Origin: Diadema antillarum
Taxonomy: Eukaryota
NCBI RefSeq assembly: GCF_040938485.1
Contig: NW_027271030.1
Coordinates: forward strand, 1,612,001 to 1,676,000
DNA: 64,000 bases
Direction of reading: 5' to 3'
The position numbers and the translations under genes were made by a program. Position 1 is the first letter of the stretch. Each line of letters opens with the position of its first letter. The notes under the pieces are model-generated. The model worked only from the letters and a program-made list of their open reading frames with translations, did no database searches and was not told the origin of the DNA. This document shows, piece after piece, positions 51,159 through 64,000 of the stretch.

Positions 51159-54100
51159 GTTTCCTCGAGGCGAGAGGGGCATTTCTGTAATATCTACACC
51201 AATTCGTTGAAAAGGTCGCGAGGAGGTGATCGGTTGCAGGGGAGCGCGAAGCGCTGGGACAGGGGCACGACGCGTTTGGCATGGGAGGCAGGGTTTGCAA
51301 AAACCTGTAAGATGTACTGAGAAGTTCCATGACATTGCTAATGAAAGGATACAGGAACTTTGCAACTGTGGGAATTGTAAACAGGATTTGGGATGGACTG
51401 GATTTCTAAATGAACCAATGTTTAGGGTACCATCTTTCCGTCTTACATTATGTTAGACGTAAATTTATTGCTAATAGAGTCACCGGGACTTTTGGTATGA
51501 GTGTAGAATAATCATTTATGAATCAGAATATTTAGGGCACAAGGTACGATTTTCTTTTGTTCCCTTTAAAGATGTAAGAACTTTGATGTGCAATGTTATA
51601 CATTGAAAAGAGATCCAGACATATTGCCCATGATGCTTTAATGATTTTGGGGTTGTGGCGATTCTGGGGTTTTGAGGATAGTCATCTGACGACTACTGTA
51701 CTGTACAGTGTTGGGTGTGAGTGAACTGCGGGGTTTAAAGTGAAGGAAAAAACATCATAAATTGTAGCAAGACAATTAAATGTGTATCTATGCTTAAAAA
51801 CAATCTGAAAGTATGAATAATTATATGTCTTAAAAGTGTCAGTGACACAAGGATTCGCGAGATCTTATAAGTCCAGGATTTATTCAACTGAACCATCGTA
51901 CCGACATACGGCAGAGTCTCGATCTCTGGGGTTCATTTCATTTCATTTATTTGTTTCCATATTCAAATAATACAAAATAACTGCAAAGTAGCATAATCGA
52001 TTCCTTCAAACAGGTGAAAAAGTGAAATGTCTTGAAACACTGATACAAAATAATGCAAACAATAATGTTACAAAAGTATAGTACATGTACAGCTGCTCCT
52101 ACAAACATGTATAAAGATACATGTGATTTACATAATATGTTGGCCATCATGAAGTCACTATGAATTGAATACTCTCTGAAACTGGTCTGTAGCCTTGAAG
52201 CTTGTTGCCTTGCTAAAGGGTTACGGGCTGTCGAGCGAGAGTACATGCAGGGCGCATGCTTGACTTGTACTTCAGCGATGGGTATTGACACTAATCGGCT
52301 CAGTGGATACTATAGGTTTCACAGCTACAGACTTCCAAAATCATTTTACCAAACCATTCTTCCCGGGCTATCTAAAAATATCGTGGATATATGTGAAGCT
52401 AGGTCACATTTTTCAACTCTACATACCACAGCAACGTATTATATGGGTACTTTCTCTCATTCTTAAGGATTTTAGCTCGCTTGGAAGGATCAAGACTTCA
52501 AGAATATTCCTTGTTTGTATCAAGTGAGGTATCACTAGAATGATTTTGTTTTGCTCTATGATGATGGACTTACTTGCAAGATGTGTATGTTTGTTAGTTT
52601 ATTCAAATGTGACTAATTTGTCTACCAGTGACATTCTGTCCTGACAACTTCAAAGCCGTACCGTTTACCCTCTGATACGCGAGAAATGGACAATGTAGTG
52701 ATAAAGAAATACATACTCTGTACAAGAGGTAAATCATGAGAACCGTCGTGACAGCATTCCAAATGCCATACTCACTGACATTGCGTATTCTGCTCCTGCG
52801 AATCCGTATGAATGCCTAAGACACTATAAGACTTGTCACACGATGCCATATTTCTCGAAACAAATAAAGCTATAGTTTGTTTGCGTGCATGGACTTGTAA
52901 AATTTTCTCCTTTTTGCGTTGTGAAGGAGAGCACAGGTTAAGAGATGATTGCAAATGATTACAATCGACCAGCATATGACATATAAGTAAATCAACAACA
53001 ACAAACAAAAGATGTCAATAAAAACCATCCGCGCAACCTTTCCAACATAGTGTACTGACTTCTTTTGTACATATTTGAATATTTTGAGAGTGAAGGAGCG
53101 ATTAGATTGGGAATGATCTTTGCTATTCGATGCATGAAGTGTACACATTGCACCCTGCTACCGATGATACAGCGCAAACTGTGAAATGTATACAATGTTT
53201 GCTGTAATTTGTATCGATCATCTCTTATATCAGGCATCTGTGCACACGCCTTTGCTTAAGTTGACGCAAGGTGCAAATGCATTATTTTTTTCTCTCTCTC
53301 ACTCACCCCCTCTCTCCATTTACATATATGAATATATGAACAAATATGAACAAATATGAACAAATATGACAGTGAAATCAATTCACATATTTGCTCCAAT
53401 AGATTGCGGTATGCTATATCATAGATTATTCAAGGGTATGCCCGCTCACTGCAAAACTAAACCTTTATTACCCCCAAATGTGATAAAAACGCTAATTGTA
53501 ATACATTCAACTCTAAATGTATGTATATAAACCAGAGACAGTCATGAATGTAACACACCTTAACCAGAAGGATGAAAACCCAAATACATATATGGATTCA
53601 GTGACTGCAGCAATATCAGTAGAAAGCATCGATGAAAGTTTGAGGAAAATCAGGCAATCCGTTTAAAATTTATGTCTTTTTGAAGTTTTGGTGCTGCCAC
53701 TGCTGGGTGAGAAAACTGCTACAGATCATGACGTCACAAATGGAAACAATCCTATAAAGAAAACATACAGAAAATTCGACGTATTATACACCTTCACTTT
53801 TCTACATCATGAAGTATAGCAGTAGACTTATCTCTTTCAGAAAGCAAGGGGAATGACATCAAAAGTCAAGGGAATGTGTACTTTTTACTATAAAATGATA
53901 TTTTGTGGAGTTTTCTTTACATATCCTCTATCTTTTCTGTATATTATTCCCCTAATTTTAGCTAATGTATAAGATGGGACCCATCCTAGTCAAGTTCTAC
54001 TTATGATGGCGGTCTCATGCAGTGTTTTTCTCCAGTGATTACGGGATGGTTATAGTATGCAAAGTCCTTATTTTCTTAAGTGTTGTTACGGAATTGAAAA

Positions 54101-55189
54101 CTCATCTGTTTGTGTCATTTATTTTGTGTTCTTGCATACTTTGTTTTCATTGTTATGCAGGAATAAAACAAAGCCAAATCAAATCAATTTTTTTCTAACT
54201 TTTAAAGAATGTTACTGTGGCAAGCCGCCGTTAACGTCACCTTGATATGGTGAAGAGCATAGTATGCCATAATTCTATACCATTATCATGTCATGTCCAA
54301 TATTGATGAAGAGTGATTTTCTTCTGTTTGTTTGGTTGACATCGGAAGGCAACGAGGAAAACGGAATAGAAAAAGCGTCATTACAAGAGCTTCCATCTAT
54401 ATGGATTTGCCATGATATCATTGTGTAAGGTTTAGGGGTTGTTCTATAAATTATTTTCATCGATAAGTCTGAACTCATCATATGCCTTCTAATGGCTACA
54501 TGTGATATTGATGGCTCGTCTGCCTGAGGGATGTGACGTTCGGTTACTAATTCAAACAGTTAAATAATGCAAAGTTTGTATGCTCTGGGATCACATTGGC
54601 CACAACATAAGGAACTATATTGTAATTGTATTTCAGTATGATCCTCTGTGTGACATACCACAAGACAATGCTTATTCCCATCAAGGTCGAATAGTTCGTA
54701 ATTGACAAGTGTACCCGTTAGCATATCTTGCATATCTGACTCATGAAACATGATTCATCTCAAAGATAAAGAGCAGGCTAAGTCTATTTAGTCCAGTCAA
54801 TCTAGCGATTTTTAGGGGGTAACCCACCACTAATTGCAACAGTAGGAATTTCACTGCAGAGCAAGTCGTTGAGCGGGGCAAAATAGTAAAATTTGCATAA
54901 TATGCAAATTAGCACCTGAAATGAGAGGAAACTGACAGATCTCAGCTTCCCGTTATCCAATTTTAAAGATTTAAATGTATAAACTTATATTTTGTAGGTT
55001 AATGAACACGATAGATGCCTTTTCGAATTGGTCGTACAAAAATAATTTACATAAAATGCAAATTAGCGGTAACTGTAAGAGTACATTCATAACAACAGTA
55101 CTCACGTTGGCATAATGTACGTTTTGCATATGGGGACGCGGGGTTGAGGGGGTAACTTTGGGCGCCTCCCAAGGGGCCGCTTTAAATGT

Positions 55190-57440
55190 GCACCACTTTT
55201 TACTATATAAGTATTGTAAAGCAATGTCTCCTGTATTGATTACATTGCATTTCTTGAAAACAAAAATACCCTTGCTATAAGGCATGATCGAATTTTGACA
55301 GTATGTACTTTTGGAACATATATATTCGCGTTATATGATATTATATGTTTTCTATATTGCCAAGAGGATAAAGGGCATTTCGGGGGCACACGCCACAGGG
55401 TCGCCCTTCAATAAGCACCCTCTTTATTGTGTAGATCTTGTAAAGCAAATCTTCTTCTATCATATTCATGACTTTTCATATATATAAGAGTGTATTTGCT
55501 GTATTGCTGGACCTACATTTAAAACCATTCACGCTAGAACAACTGCATTTGCGTTGCTAATATCCGTATCTTGTCATAAGGGGCGTGAGCGTAGGTGTAA
55601 ATTTAGACACCTCCCCAGGGATTACCTTTGCATGTCCACCTTTTTGACAATGTAGTTATTGTAGAGCAATGTTTCCTCTACTAATTAGTTGCATTTTTGG
55701 GGGGGAAGCAAAAGTGCCTTTGCTATACGGCACGATGGAATTTCGAAAACATGTACGTTTGGAACATATATATATTCGCGTTATATGATACTATATGTTT
55801 TCTATCTTGCCGTGAGGGTGGAGTATTTTTGGCACATCCCACAGGGTTGCCGTTTGATGCGCACCCTCTTAAGTGTATAGATCTTGTAAAGTTAAGTTTC
55901 TTCTATCATTTTCATAATTTGTCATCGATGAAAATTGTATTTGATGTATTGCCGGAACTACTTTTACAACCATTCACGCTAGAACAACGGTATTTGCGTT
56001 GCTAATATCTGTGCTTTGTAATAAGGGGGCGTGAGCGTAGATGTGAATTTGGACACTTCCCAAGGGATTACTTTTGAATGTTCACCCTTTTGACAATATA
56101 GTTATTGTAGAGCAATGTCTCCTCTATTAATCAGTTGCATTTCTTGGAAACAAAAGTGCCTTTACTATTCAGCACGATGGAATTTTGAAAACATGTACGT
56201 TTGGAACATATATATATTCGCGTTGTATGATATTATATGTTTTCTAAGTTGCCGTGAGGGTTGAATATTTTTGGCACATCCCACAGGGTTGCCATTTAAT
56301 GTGCATCCTCTTCACTGTATAGATCTTGTAAAGTTAAGCTTCTTCTATCATTTCCATGACTTTTCATTGATAAATAGTGTATTTGCTGTATTGCCGGGAC
56401 TACTTTTAAAACCATCCATGCTAGAACAACGGTGTTTGCGTTGCTAATATCTGTGTTTTGTCTTAAGGGTGCGTGAGCGTAGGTGTAATTTTGGACCATT
56501 CCCAAGGGATTGTCCTTTAATGTTCACCCTTTTGACAATATGGATATCGTTAAGGAATGTCTCCTCTATTAACTACAATGTATTTTTGAAAACAAAAGTG
56601 CCCATGCTGCATGGCATGATCGAAGTTTGAAACATGTACGTTTGGAACATATAGTATATTCGCGTTAATAATATTCAATGTTTTCTATATTGCCGTGAGG
56701 GTGGGGTACTTTGGGGCACATCCCACAGGATTGGAATTTAATGTGCATCCTCTCACTGAATAGATATTGTGAAGCAATGCTTCTTCTATCATTTCCACGA
56801 CATTCATCGATATAAAAGCATGTAGCTGTATTGCCGGAACTACTTCTAAGATCATGCACCAAAGAACGTCAGTATTTGCGTTCATAGTATCCGTGTGTTG
56901 TAATTACGGGGCTTGAGCGGAGGTGTAATTTTGGACACTTCCCAAGGGATTGCTTTGAAATGTTCACCCTTTTGACAATAAAGTTAAGGTAGAGCAATGT
57001 TTTCTTCTTTTGATTATATTGCATTTCTTTAAAACAATAGGGCACTTGCTGTACAACCGTTGGAAAATTGGAACATATTCGTGCTAAATGATAGTGCATG
57101 TTTCCTATATTGCCCTGGGGGTTGGATGATTTGAACACATCCCACTCGGTGGCCTTTGATTGTGCACCCCTTTGACTATATGAATATTGTAAAGCAGTGT
57201 CTCTACCATTTAAAAATCATGAAAAGTACATTGTAAAGTGTTTTTATTTACAACCCGGCAAAACGACTTTCTACGTGCATGTACAACTGAATTTGCTTTG
57301 GCATATAATGCTGTTTTGGGACCACGAAGGTCAAGGTATGGGTGATTTGGGCACTTCCCAAGGGCTTGCGTTTAAATGTCCAACTTTTTGACGATATAGA
57401 TATTGTAAAGCAACGTCTCCTGTATTACCTGAATTGCATT
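55190..57440. repeat. ~440-bp tandem array (5 units; more diverged units at 58930-59440)
   Basis: TTGGAACATA at 55311, 55759, 56201, 56642 and 57068. Confidence 0.85.
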
Positions 57441-57449
57441 TTACCAAAA

Positions 57450-58925
57450 TAAAAGAGTATTGTTAGTTTGAATGGCCATGTGTCCAGTTCACAGCCTATA
57501 ACTTGTGGGGTACCGCAAGGATCCCTTTTAGGTCCTTTATTGTTTATTCTTTATATGAATGACTTTCGCAGTTCGTCCTCTCTGCTCTATTTTCTACTTT
57601 TTGCCGATGACACCAGTATTTTTTATTCAAATCGAAACCCTCATGTTTTACTGAATACCGTAAATACTGAATTAAAATCAGTATCTAAGTGGATTCAGGC
57701 TAATAAATTGTCATTGAATTTGACCAAGACAAAATTTATGGTTTTTAGCAATATAATCAATATTTTACCGGGTAAGTTGGTTGTAAACGACGTAGAATTG
57801 AACCAGGTGGAACATATAAAATTCCTTGGTCTCTATATTGATTGTAAGTTGACATGGAAAGTTCATGTTGATTCTTTGCGTAAATTATTATCAAAAAATG
57901 TAGGTGTTATGTATAAGTTAAAACAGTTTTTTCCTAAACATGTTCTGCATTCATTGTATTCTACTCTATTTTTGCCTTATATAGGTTATGGAATCCTGGC
58001 ATGGGGAAACTGCTGTACAACTAGACTTAATTCTTTATTATTGATACAGAAAAGAGCTATACGGATAATTAACTTCGCCACATTTTTCGAACACACTAAT
58101 GTCTTATTCTTTTCCAGTAGAACACTTAAGATCCAGGATTTATATCATTTTAATATCGGGTCATTTATGTATCAATTAAACTCAGGTGGTCTCCCTGATG
58201 TGTTTTCTTCGATGTTTGTCAAAAATACTGAAGTTCATTCTTACCCTACTAGACAAAAAGATTCTTTTCATCTTTCTCCTGTACGAACCGTATCTGCTTT
58301 AAAAACAATAACCACTACAGGACCTAAATTTTGGAATGAGTTGGATAGAGAAATAATCCAATCTCAGTCTCTTTATTCATTTAAACATAAACTTAAACTA
58401 GTTTTTCTGAATTCATATCTATAGCTATTCTTCAATCCTCCTCGATATTCTCTGTTCATACTTCACATTACTGACATTATCGATTATGTAACATGTGCCT
58501 CGCTCGTGATTTCTGTATTATCTCCTGAACTTCCTTTGTACACATTTGGTATCTCTGCTATTGTACACTGCATCTGACTTATACCTCGCTCGGGTGATCA
58601 CGCAACACTCAAGAAGTCTGTGCCGCGGACATTGTTGTCATTGTTTTCTTTTTTCTTTTTCTTTTTACTTTTTGGCGTTTATATTTCTCCAATTCAGAAA
58701 TTGTCATTCCTTTAATTACATACCCAAGTAAGAAATAATCTCACATCCGCATCTGGGAATCTACACCCTACAAGCAATGCTTCTATGTAGATTCCTCATA
58801 TTTCACATGTTTTATTGTCTTTTAAGCTGTACGTGACAATTCATCCAGGCTTTTGTATCGTGATGTCTATGTTTTATGTATTTGTTGAAATGTGGAATAT
58901 GGAACAATAAAAAACAAAAACAAAC
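57450..58925 (+). mobile_element. 5'-truncated CR1/L2-like LINE with an uninterrupted 318-aa RT C-terminal ORF
   Basis: ORF 57468-58424 with GVPQGSLLGP and FADDT, then a 3' UTR and A-rich tail. Confidence 0.9.
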
Positions 58926-59779
58926 AAAAGTATGTGCCAGACAGGCGGAAGAACTTTTCAGAGGCATGTACCCACGGAACATTTTTTTCGCTGTTGTATA
59001 TACTGCATGTTTTTCATTGCCTTTAGGATTTCACCTTTTCATCTTATAGATATTGTAGAACAATAATTCTTCTATAACTTCCACTGAAATTTAATGGAAA
59101 TGAAACGAAAAGGACGTTATAGAGGGTTGGTTTTTTTTTTCGCTTAAAACAGCTGTATTTACGTGTATATACTGTGTTTTGTACCAGGCTGTGAGGGTAT
59201 AGGGATAAATTCGGGTACCTCCCTCCGAGTCGCTTTGACTCATGCGCACCACTTTTTAAAGATATACTTTCATGGAAATAGTCTTTGCTAGACGGCCAAA
59301 CGACTTAAAAAAAAAAATCTTGTACGCTTAGAACAACGGAAATCGCGTTGGTTGATGCATGTTTTGCAAATGGCCGTGGGGATATGATCGATAGGGGTAA
59401 CTTTTGTCACTACCCACAGAGTTTCCTTTGACTGTGCTATCTTCAATATCTCAAAACCCTCAAGGGTGCAAGAGCTGAATCATCCAGATTCGAATAAGCA
59501 ACTCTCCAAATAGAGTTCATTAATTACAAAATTGGACAAGTTATAGATGTTGACAGTTGTTTATATTCGTACTTTGATTCTACGTAATTAATGGATAAGC
59601 TATCATTATCTGTCTGATAACAAACTATTATTCGCTTAAAATTATTCATGCTAGGTTTCTAATGCTGAAAAGTTTTTTTTTTTTTTTTTGGTGAAGAGAA
59701 ACTGAAATATCACATTTGAGCACTCTTGATATGCTCATATCGGGCACTTTGGTGCATTTGAATAATCCGTTGGCTCGGT

Positions 59780-60620
59780 ACCTTTTGCATATTATGCAAA
59801 TGAGGCCCAGATTATGTACATGGAATTGTTTGCATCGCACTAAGTGACATTGGAAACATAGGTTTCATTACTTTCGGTGTTCCAATCTGAAACCTAGAAG
59901 CATAGTTTTCATGGAAACACTGTATTTTTATCATTATTGGAGCTAATTTGCATATTATGCAAATGAGGCCCAGAATATGTACATGGAAATGTTTGCATCG
60001 CACTAACTTACATTGCAAACATATGTTTCAACACTTTGGGTGTTCCAATCTGAAACCTAGAAGCATAGTTTTCATGGAAACACTGTATTTTCATCATTAT
60101 TAGAGCTAATTTGCATATTATGCATATGAGGCCCAGAATATGTACATGGACATGTTTGCATCGCACTAACTGACATTGAAAACATACGTTTCAACACTTT
60201 GGGTGTTCCAATGTGAAACCTAGAAGCATAGTTTTCATGGAAACACTGTATTTTCATCATTATTAGAGCTAATTTGCATATTATGCATATGAGGCCCAGA
60301 ATATGTACATGGACATGTTTGCATCGCACTAACTGACATTGAAAACATACGTTTCAACACTTTCGGTGTTTCAATCTGAAACCTAGAAGTATAGTTTTCA
60401 TGGAAACACTGTATTTTTATCATTATGGGGAGCTAATTTGCATATTATGCAAATGAGGCCCAGATCATGTCCATGGAAATGTTTGCATCGCACTAGCTGA
60501 CATTGTAAACATAGATTAAAATACTTTCGGTTTTCCAATCTGAAACCTAGAAGCACAGTTTTCATGGAAACACTGTATTTTTATTAGTATGGGAGCTAAT
60601 TTGCATATTATGCAAATTTA
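59780..60620. repeat. 163-bp tandem array, about 5 units
   Basis: AACCTAGAAG at 59891, 60054, 60217, 60380 and 60544. Confidence 0.9.
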
Positions 60621-61099
60621 GCCACTTTACCCCATTGGATTTCTTGGGACTTTTAGTATGGTGTTTAGGAGCCCATAACAAGTTGCACTGCAGTGGAATT
60701 CGTACTGTTGCAATTAGTGGTGGGTGAAACCCTATTTTGACTGGACTAATTCAAGCAAAGGTTACAACAGCAACATCTCTCTGGTACACAACCAGTTGAG
60801 TGACATGACGTACACTATATACTGTGATCATAGATTTGAAAATGAAATTTCAAGTCAGAAAGCATTTTAGTCATGGTCACATGCACTGAAACGTGTCCGA
60901 AACTTGCGTCCAGCAAACAACGGATAAGGTTGCCGCTATTCCATTCCAGTAAATCACATTTTAAACTCAGATTAATCGGCATTTCACGTAAATGTGTCGC
61001 AAATGAGTGAACTTGCAAAAACGAGGAATACCTTATTTTCTATGCAAACCCAAGTCGATTAGTTGGTTCTCTAGCTCAGGTATGACGATTGTCCCGAAT

Positions 61100-62903
61100 T
61101 TACGAAGGGGTTATTCTAAACTTGTACATTTCCTCGTAGTAGGGCATTTCCTTCTCGGCAACCTCCTTGATATCCTTTGTCGCCCCGTCAAGAGAAGCGG
61201 AAGTGGAGGAAGGTTTGAAACAAGTACTCTTAAAAGCGCTGGCAAACCACATGGCATAGCGCGGAGCTTCAAGCACGTTCGAACAGACACTTTGCCACTT
61301 ACGGACCACATCCGATGAGGCGTCCCAAGTTACGTAATCCTCGGAGTACGGGATACCCAGTGCTCGGAAGAGCAGTGGAAGTAAGGTTGCCGGATACTCC
61401 ATGAGTTCATCGATGTCGACAATGACCGGGTTGTTATCAACATTTTCTCGAAGGTGGCACCATAATTCGTGCATTCCCTTGAAAAAGAAGAGGGTTCCCT
61501 CCTCCGGTGGCGGTGCATAATCCATAACATTGAAGGTTTGTGGGTCCGCTTTCGGGAAACCCCATGGTAGGTCCTCGGGATCCAATCCTTCTACAGCTTT
61601 CAGCACTGTCTTCCGGAAGGATTTGTACGTCTTCACAGGATGTCGTATGAGGAAGCAATGCCGAAAACCACTGGATGGATCAGGCAGGTACTGGTATCGG
61701 CTTGGTGGCATACCAAAGGCCATGTCTTTGATGAAGACAAATTTCTTGGTGGGATGAATTGAGTCGAATTTTTGCTTCAGTTTAACAGGTCTGTGGATAG
61801 GGACAGAAATACATTAATTAATTAAACTTGTAGTTATATCTTCTCTTCTAAACCTATAGATAAAAGTAATATTCTTTAGATTTGGTCAGTGAAATGTTGA
61901 CAAAACTTGAAAAATTAATAAACTCTTAACTCACCGACTCTAAAATAATCTAACAAAAAAGTACTACATGTATACATGTATGCTCGTGTAAAACCATAAG
62001 CATTTACTTACAAGATAATTGTAAGTTAGACAAAGAGCTCACAGTCACTTGGCATACCCCTTTAAGTTTGGCAGGAGTTTGCCTTCTGTTTCAGTCTTGG
62101 AGGAACTTAAAGGGATCGATGGTATAGTATTGGTTGAGACTAAGATTCAGCTTTTAACTTCTTGCACAATACTTAGAAAACATTCCATGATGTTTTATGG
62201 CATGCAATTCTAAGAGGAATTCAAAGTATATTTAATGAAAATGGGTTTTGAAATGACTGAGATATCCATGGATAAAGTAAAATTAAAGTAAAAATGATCA
62301 TGATAAAACGCAGGTCCGACTATTCATTCGGATTGCTTTGTTTTAGATATCTCAAATTGTAGCAAATAAACGTTGAATCTCTCTTAAAATTACAAGCTCT
62401 TTCATATTTCATATGAGGTTTCTCATTATCTCGGAAAAATATTTGAGAAACCTGAAGCCCCATCTAAACTTAAACTATACCATTGATTTAATGTTTGTCT
62501 ACTAGGAAGTATTTTAATCTCGTATATCAAAATTCCAATCCAAACTTAATGACATATTGATACAAACATTATCACACACTTAATACACATTTGAAGAGCA
62601 CAACACTTACGACAACAGATCGAGTTTGAAGTTCTTTATGTCACTGCCCAAATTCAAATCTTTAACTGTCTCCAGGTAAATCTCCTCGTTACCGTCAATA
62701 TCAGTGGGAAGTGGGTCGGAGTCGGGATGATATATTTTATGAACGTCTTTTGCGATCTTAGAAATGACGTACGGCTCGAGCCAGATTTCGGCCTCGTCAA
62801 CGAAGCTCATGCATTTTGTCATCGCTGTCGATACCGATCGGGGAGAGCACCACATGATGACTCGTGCTGGTTCGTCGCCGGCAGTTTTTGCGTCGGTGGC
62901 CAT
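61100..62903 (-). CDS. ST-6: sulfotransferase-fold protein paralog, 327 aa
   Basis: Exon A 62903-62611, exon B 61790-61100. CDS 984 nt, open. Confidence 0.9.
62111..62487. mobile_element. TTAA-type MITE in the ST-6 coding intron
   Basis: Reverse-orientation homolog of 3674-4057. Confidence 0.65.
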
Positions 62904-63170
62904 TTTATTCCTCCTACAAAAGGTTGTAAGAAGGTTACAAAAAAATGAACATCAAATCTCATCAGTGATATTGCTATGAGTAATAGTTTTTTTTAATCGA
63001 TAATTTATTGACAACGGCTGATCTTTCTTGACGGTTGTAACTCTAGAAATAAATCTTTTTTCCTCATTACTCGACGGCGGACAGTACTGTGTGATCGATC
63101 ACTTTGTGTAATTTGTTCTTTTTGATGACTTAACCAACTGAATCTGATCTTATACATAAAAAAACCTTAC

Positions 63171-63490
63171 CTTTATAACACGTCGTGTGTTGTTGAAGAC
63201 TTTGCCTCTTTCCCTTTGAGATGCTTTCGTGTATACCTTCCGACGAATGGTTCGATACTATTATTGTGTTTAACGTTTTGAGCGCAAGTGTCCGAGATCT
63301 TGTATCTTTTTTTTAAACAATTGACCCCTGCTGGCCTCTTTCTTATTGACACAAAATGATGATCTTATAAACTTTGTGAAGTGGTTCAGTCTCACGTGGC
63401 GTGATGTATAGATAAGTCAACACGATTGGTTGATTGAGAAAGCTATAACGATACAGTTAAAATTCTGTAACTGACCTTTGTCCGAAATTA
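63171..63490 (-). promoter_or_regulatory. ST-6 upstream module / putative leader exon
   Basis: Donor AAG|GTAAGG (GT at 63170-63169); acceptor AG at 62915-62914. Confidence 0.55.
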
Positions 63491-64000
63491 TGATTTGCAT
63501 TCATAAGCTTGAAGTTTTTGCCAATATTGATCTCTACAGAATGTGTCAGTCGTCTTCGCAGTCGTTTCGGCAATGTCGGAGTATGAATATTTTATTAAGA
63601 TCCGTTCATTTGATAATGCCCAAACAGATTATTTGAACAGAAATAAGATATCCATCAGATTTTCTTAGTGAAACTTATGTTGTGTTCAGAATATACATGT
63701 ACCAATCCTTTGCAATTTATCATAGAGCACAAAAATTTGCGTTTATAGGGAATGTATATTTTTTGGTTGAGACTGAACCACAGGTTCCTAACATTTTGGG
63801 GTGAGATAACGAGAAACCTTTTAAGATATATGAAAGAACATAATTCCATGAGGAATTCAACGTTTGCTTGACGAAAATTGGTTATGAAATGGATGAGATA
63901 CAAAAAAATGAGCAATCCTAATAAAAGGTGACACGCTCCTTTTATTACGATCGCTTTGTTTTACTTTGTTTTTGGATGTCTCAGCCATTTTAAAACCGAT

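Larger units (their letters stand above)
44539..51447 (-). mobile_element. Internally deleted Ty3/Gypsy LTR retrotransposon
   Basis: 3' LTR 44539-45280 (742 bp) with TGTAAGA...TCTTACA ends, preceded on the minus strand by a purine tract GAAAGATGGAACGAA. 5' LTR stub 51315-51447. TTAT TSD at 44535-44538 and 51448-51451. Integrase is present. Confidence 0.85.
54789..60748. mobile_element. 5,960-bp non-autonomous TIR DNA transposon (Academ-like termini) with internal tandem arrays
   Basis: TAGTCCAGTCAA...TTGACTGGACTA, followed by a ~50-bp matching subterminal segment. ATT TSD at 54786-54788 and 60749-60751. Flanks rejoin into the 3'-flank sequence seen near 27400. Confidence 0.75.

Noticed and set aside
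52200-53300. Possible degenerate coding remnant
   Set aside because: Short broken frames with no motif I can recognise; a translated profile search would be needed.
8329-62903. Branched-chain aminotransferase annotation, or bacterial contamination / recent HGT
   Set aside because: I found no PLP class-IV aminotransferase motifs. Conserved GT-AG introns and animal transposons flank every copy.

Overview
AT-rich, intron-containing animal genomic DNA. The repeat landscape suggests a marine invertebrate, possibly an echinoderm (inference only; no database search was possible). There are three assembly gaps. The main feature is a tandem array of six complete paralogous genes, here called ST-1 to ST-6. 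Each encodes a 321-327 aa protein with no evident signal peptide and with sulfotransferase-fold motifs (WCxPRSVST 5'-PSB loop, FLIRHPVK 3'-PB motif). Each has two coding exons joined by the same phase-2 intron; five lie on the minus strand and ST-5 is inverted. Each gene also carries a ~330-bp upstream module ending in a conserved GTAAG donor, which I infer to be a non-coding leader exon or promoter. Two extra copies of that module exist: an orphan between ST-4 and ST-5, and one at the window start that predicts a seventh paralog to the left. The paralogs appear mosaic and vary in discrete patches. The rest is transposon debris: a Gypsy element with a LINE and a Helentron-like element nested inside it, a 5.96-kb TIR element filled with tandem arrays, hAT-, Harbinger- and TTAA-type MITEs, tRNA-derived SINEs, LINE fragments, a ~1-kb tandem duplication and microsatellites.
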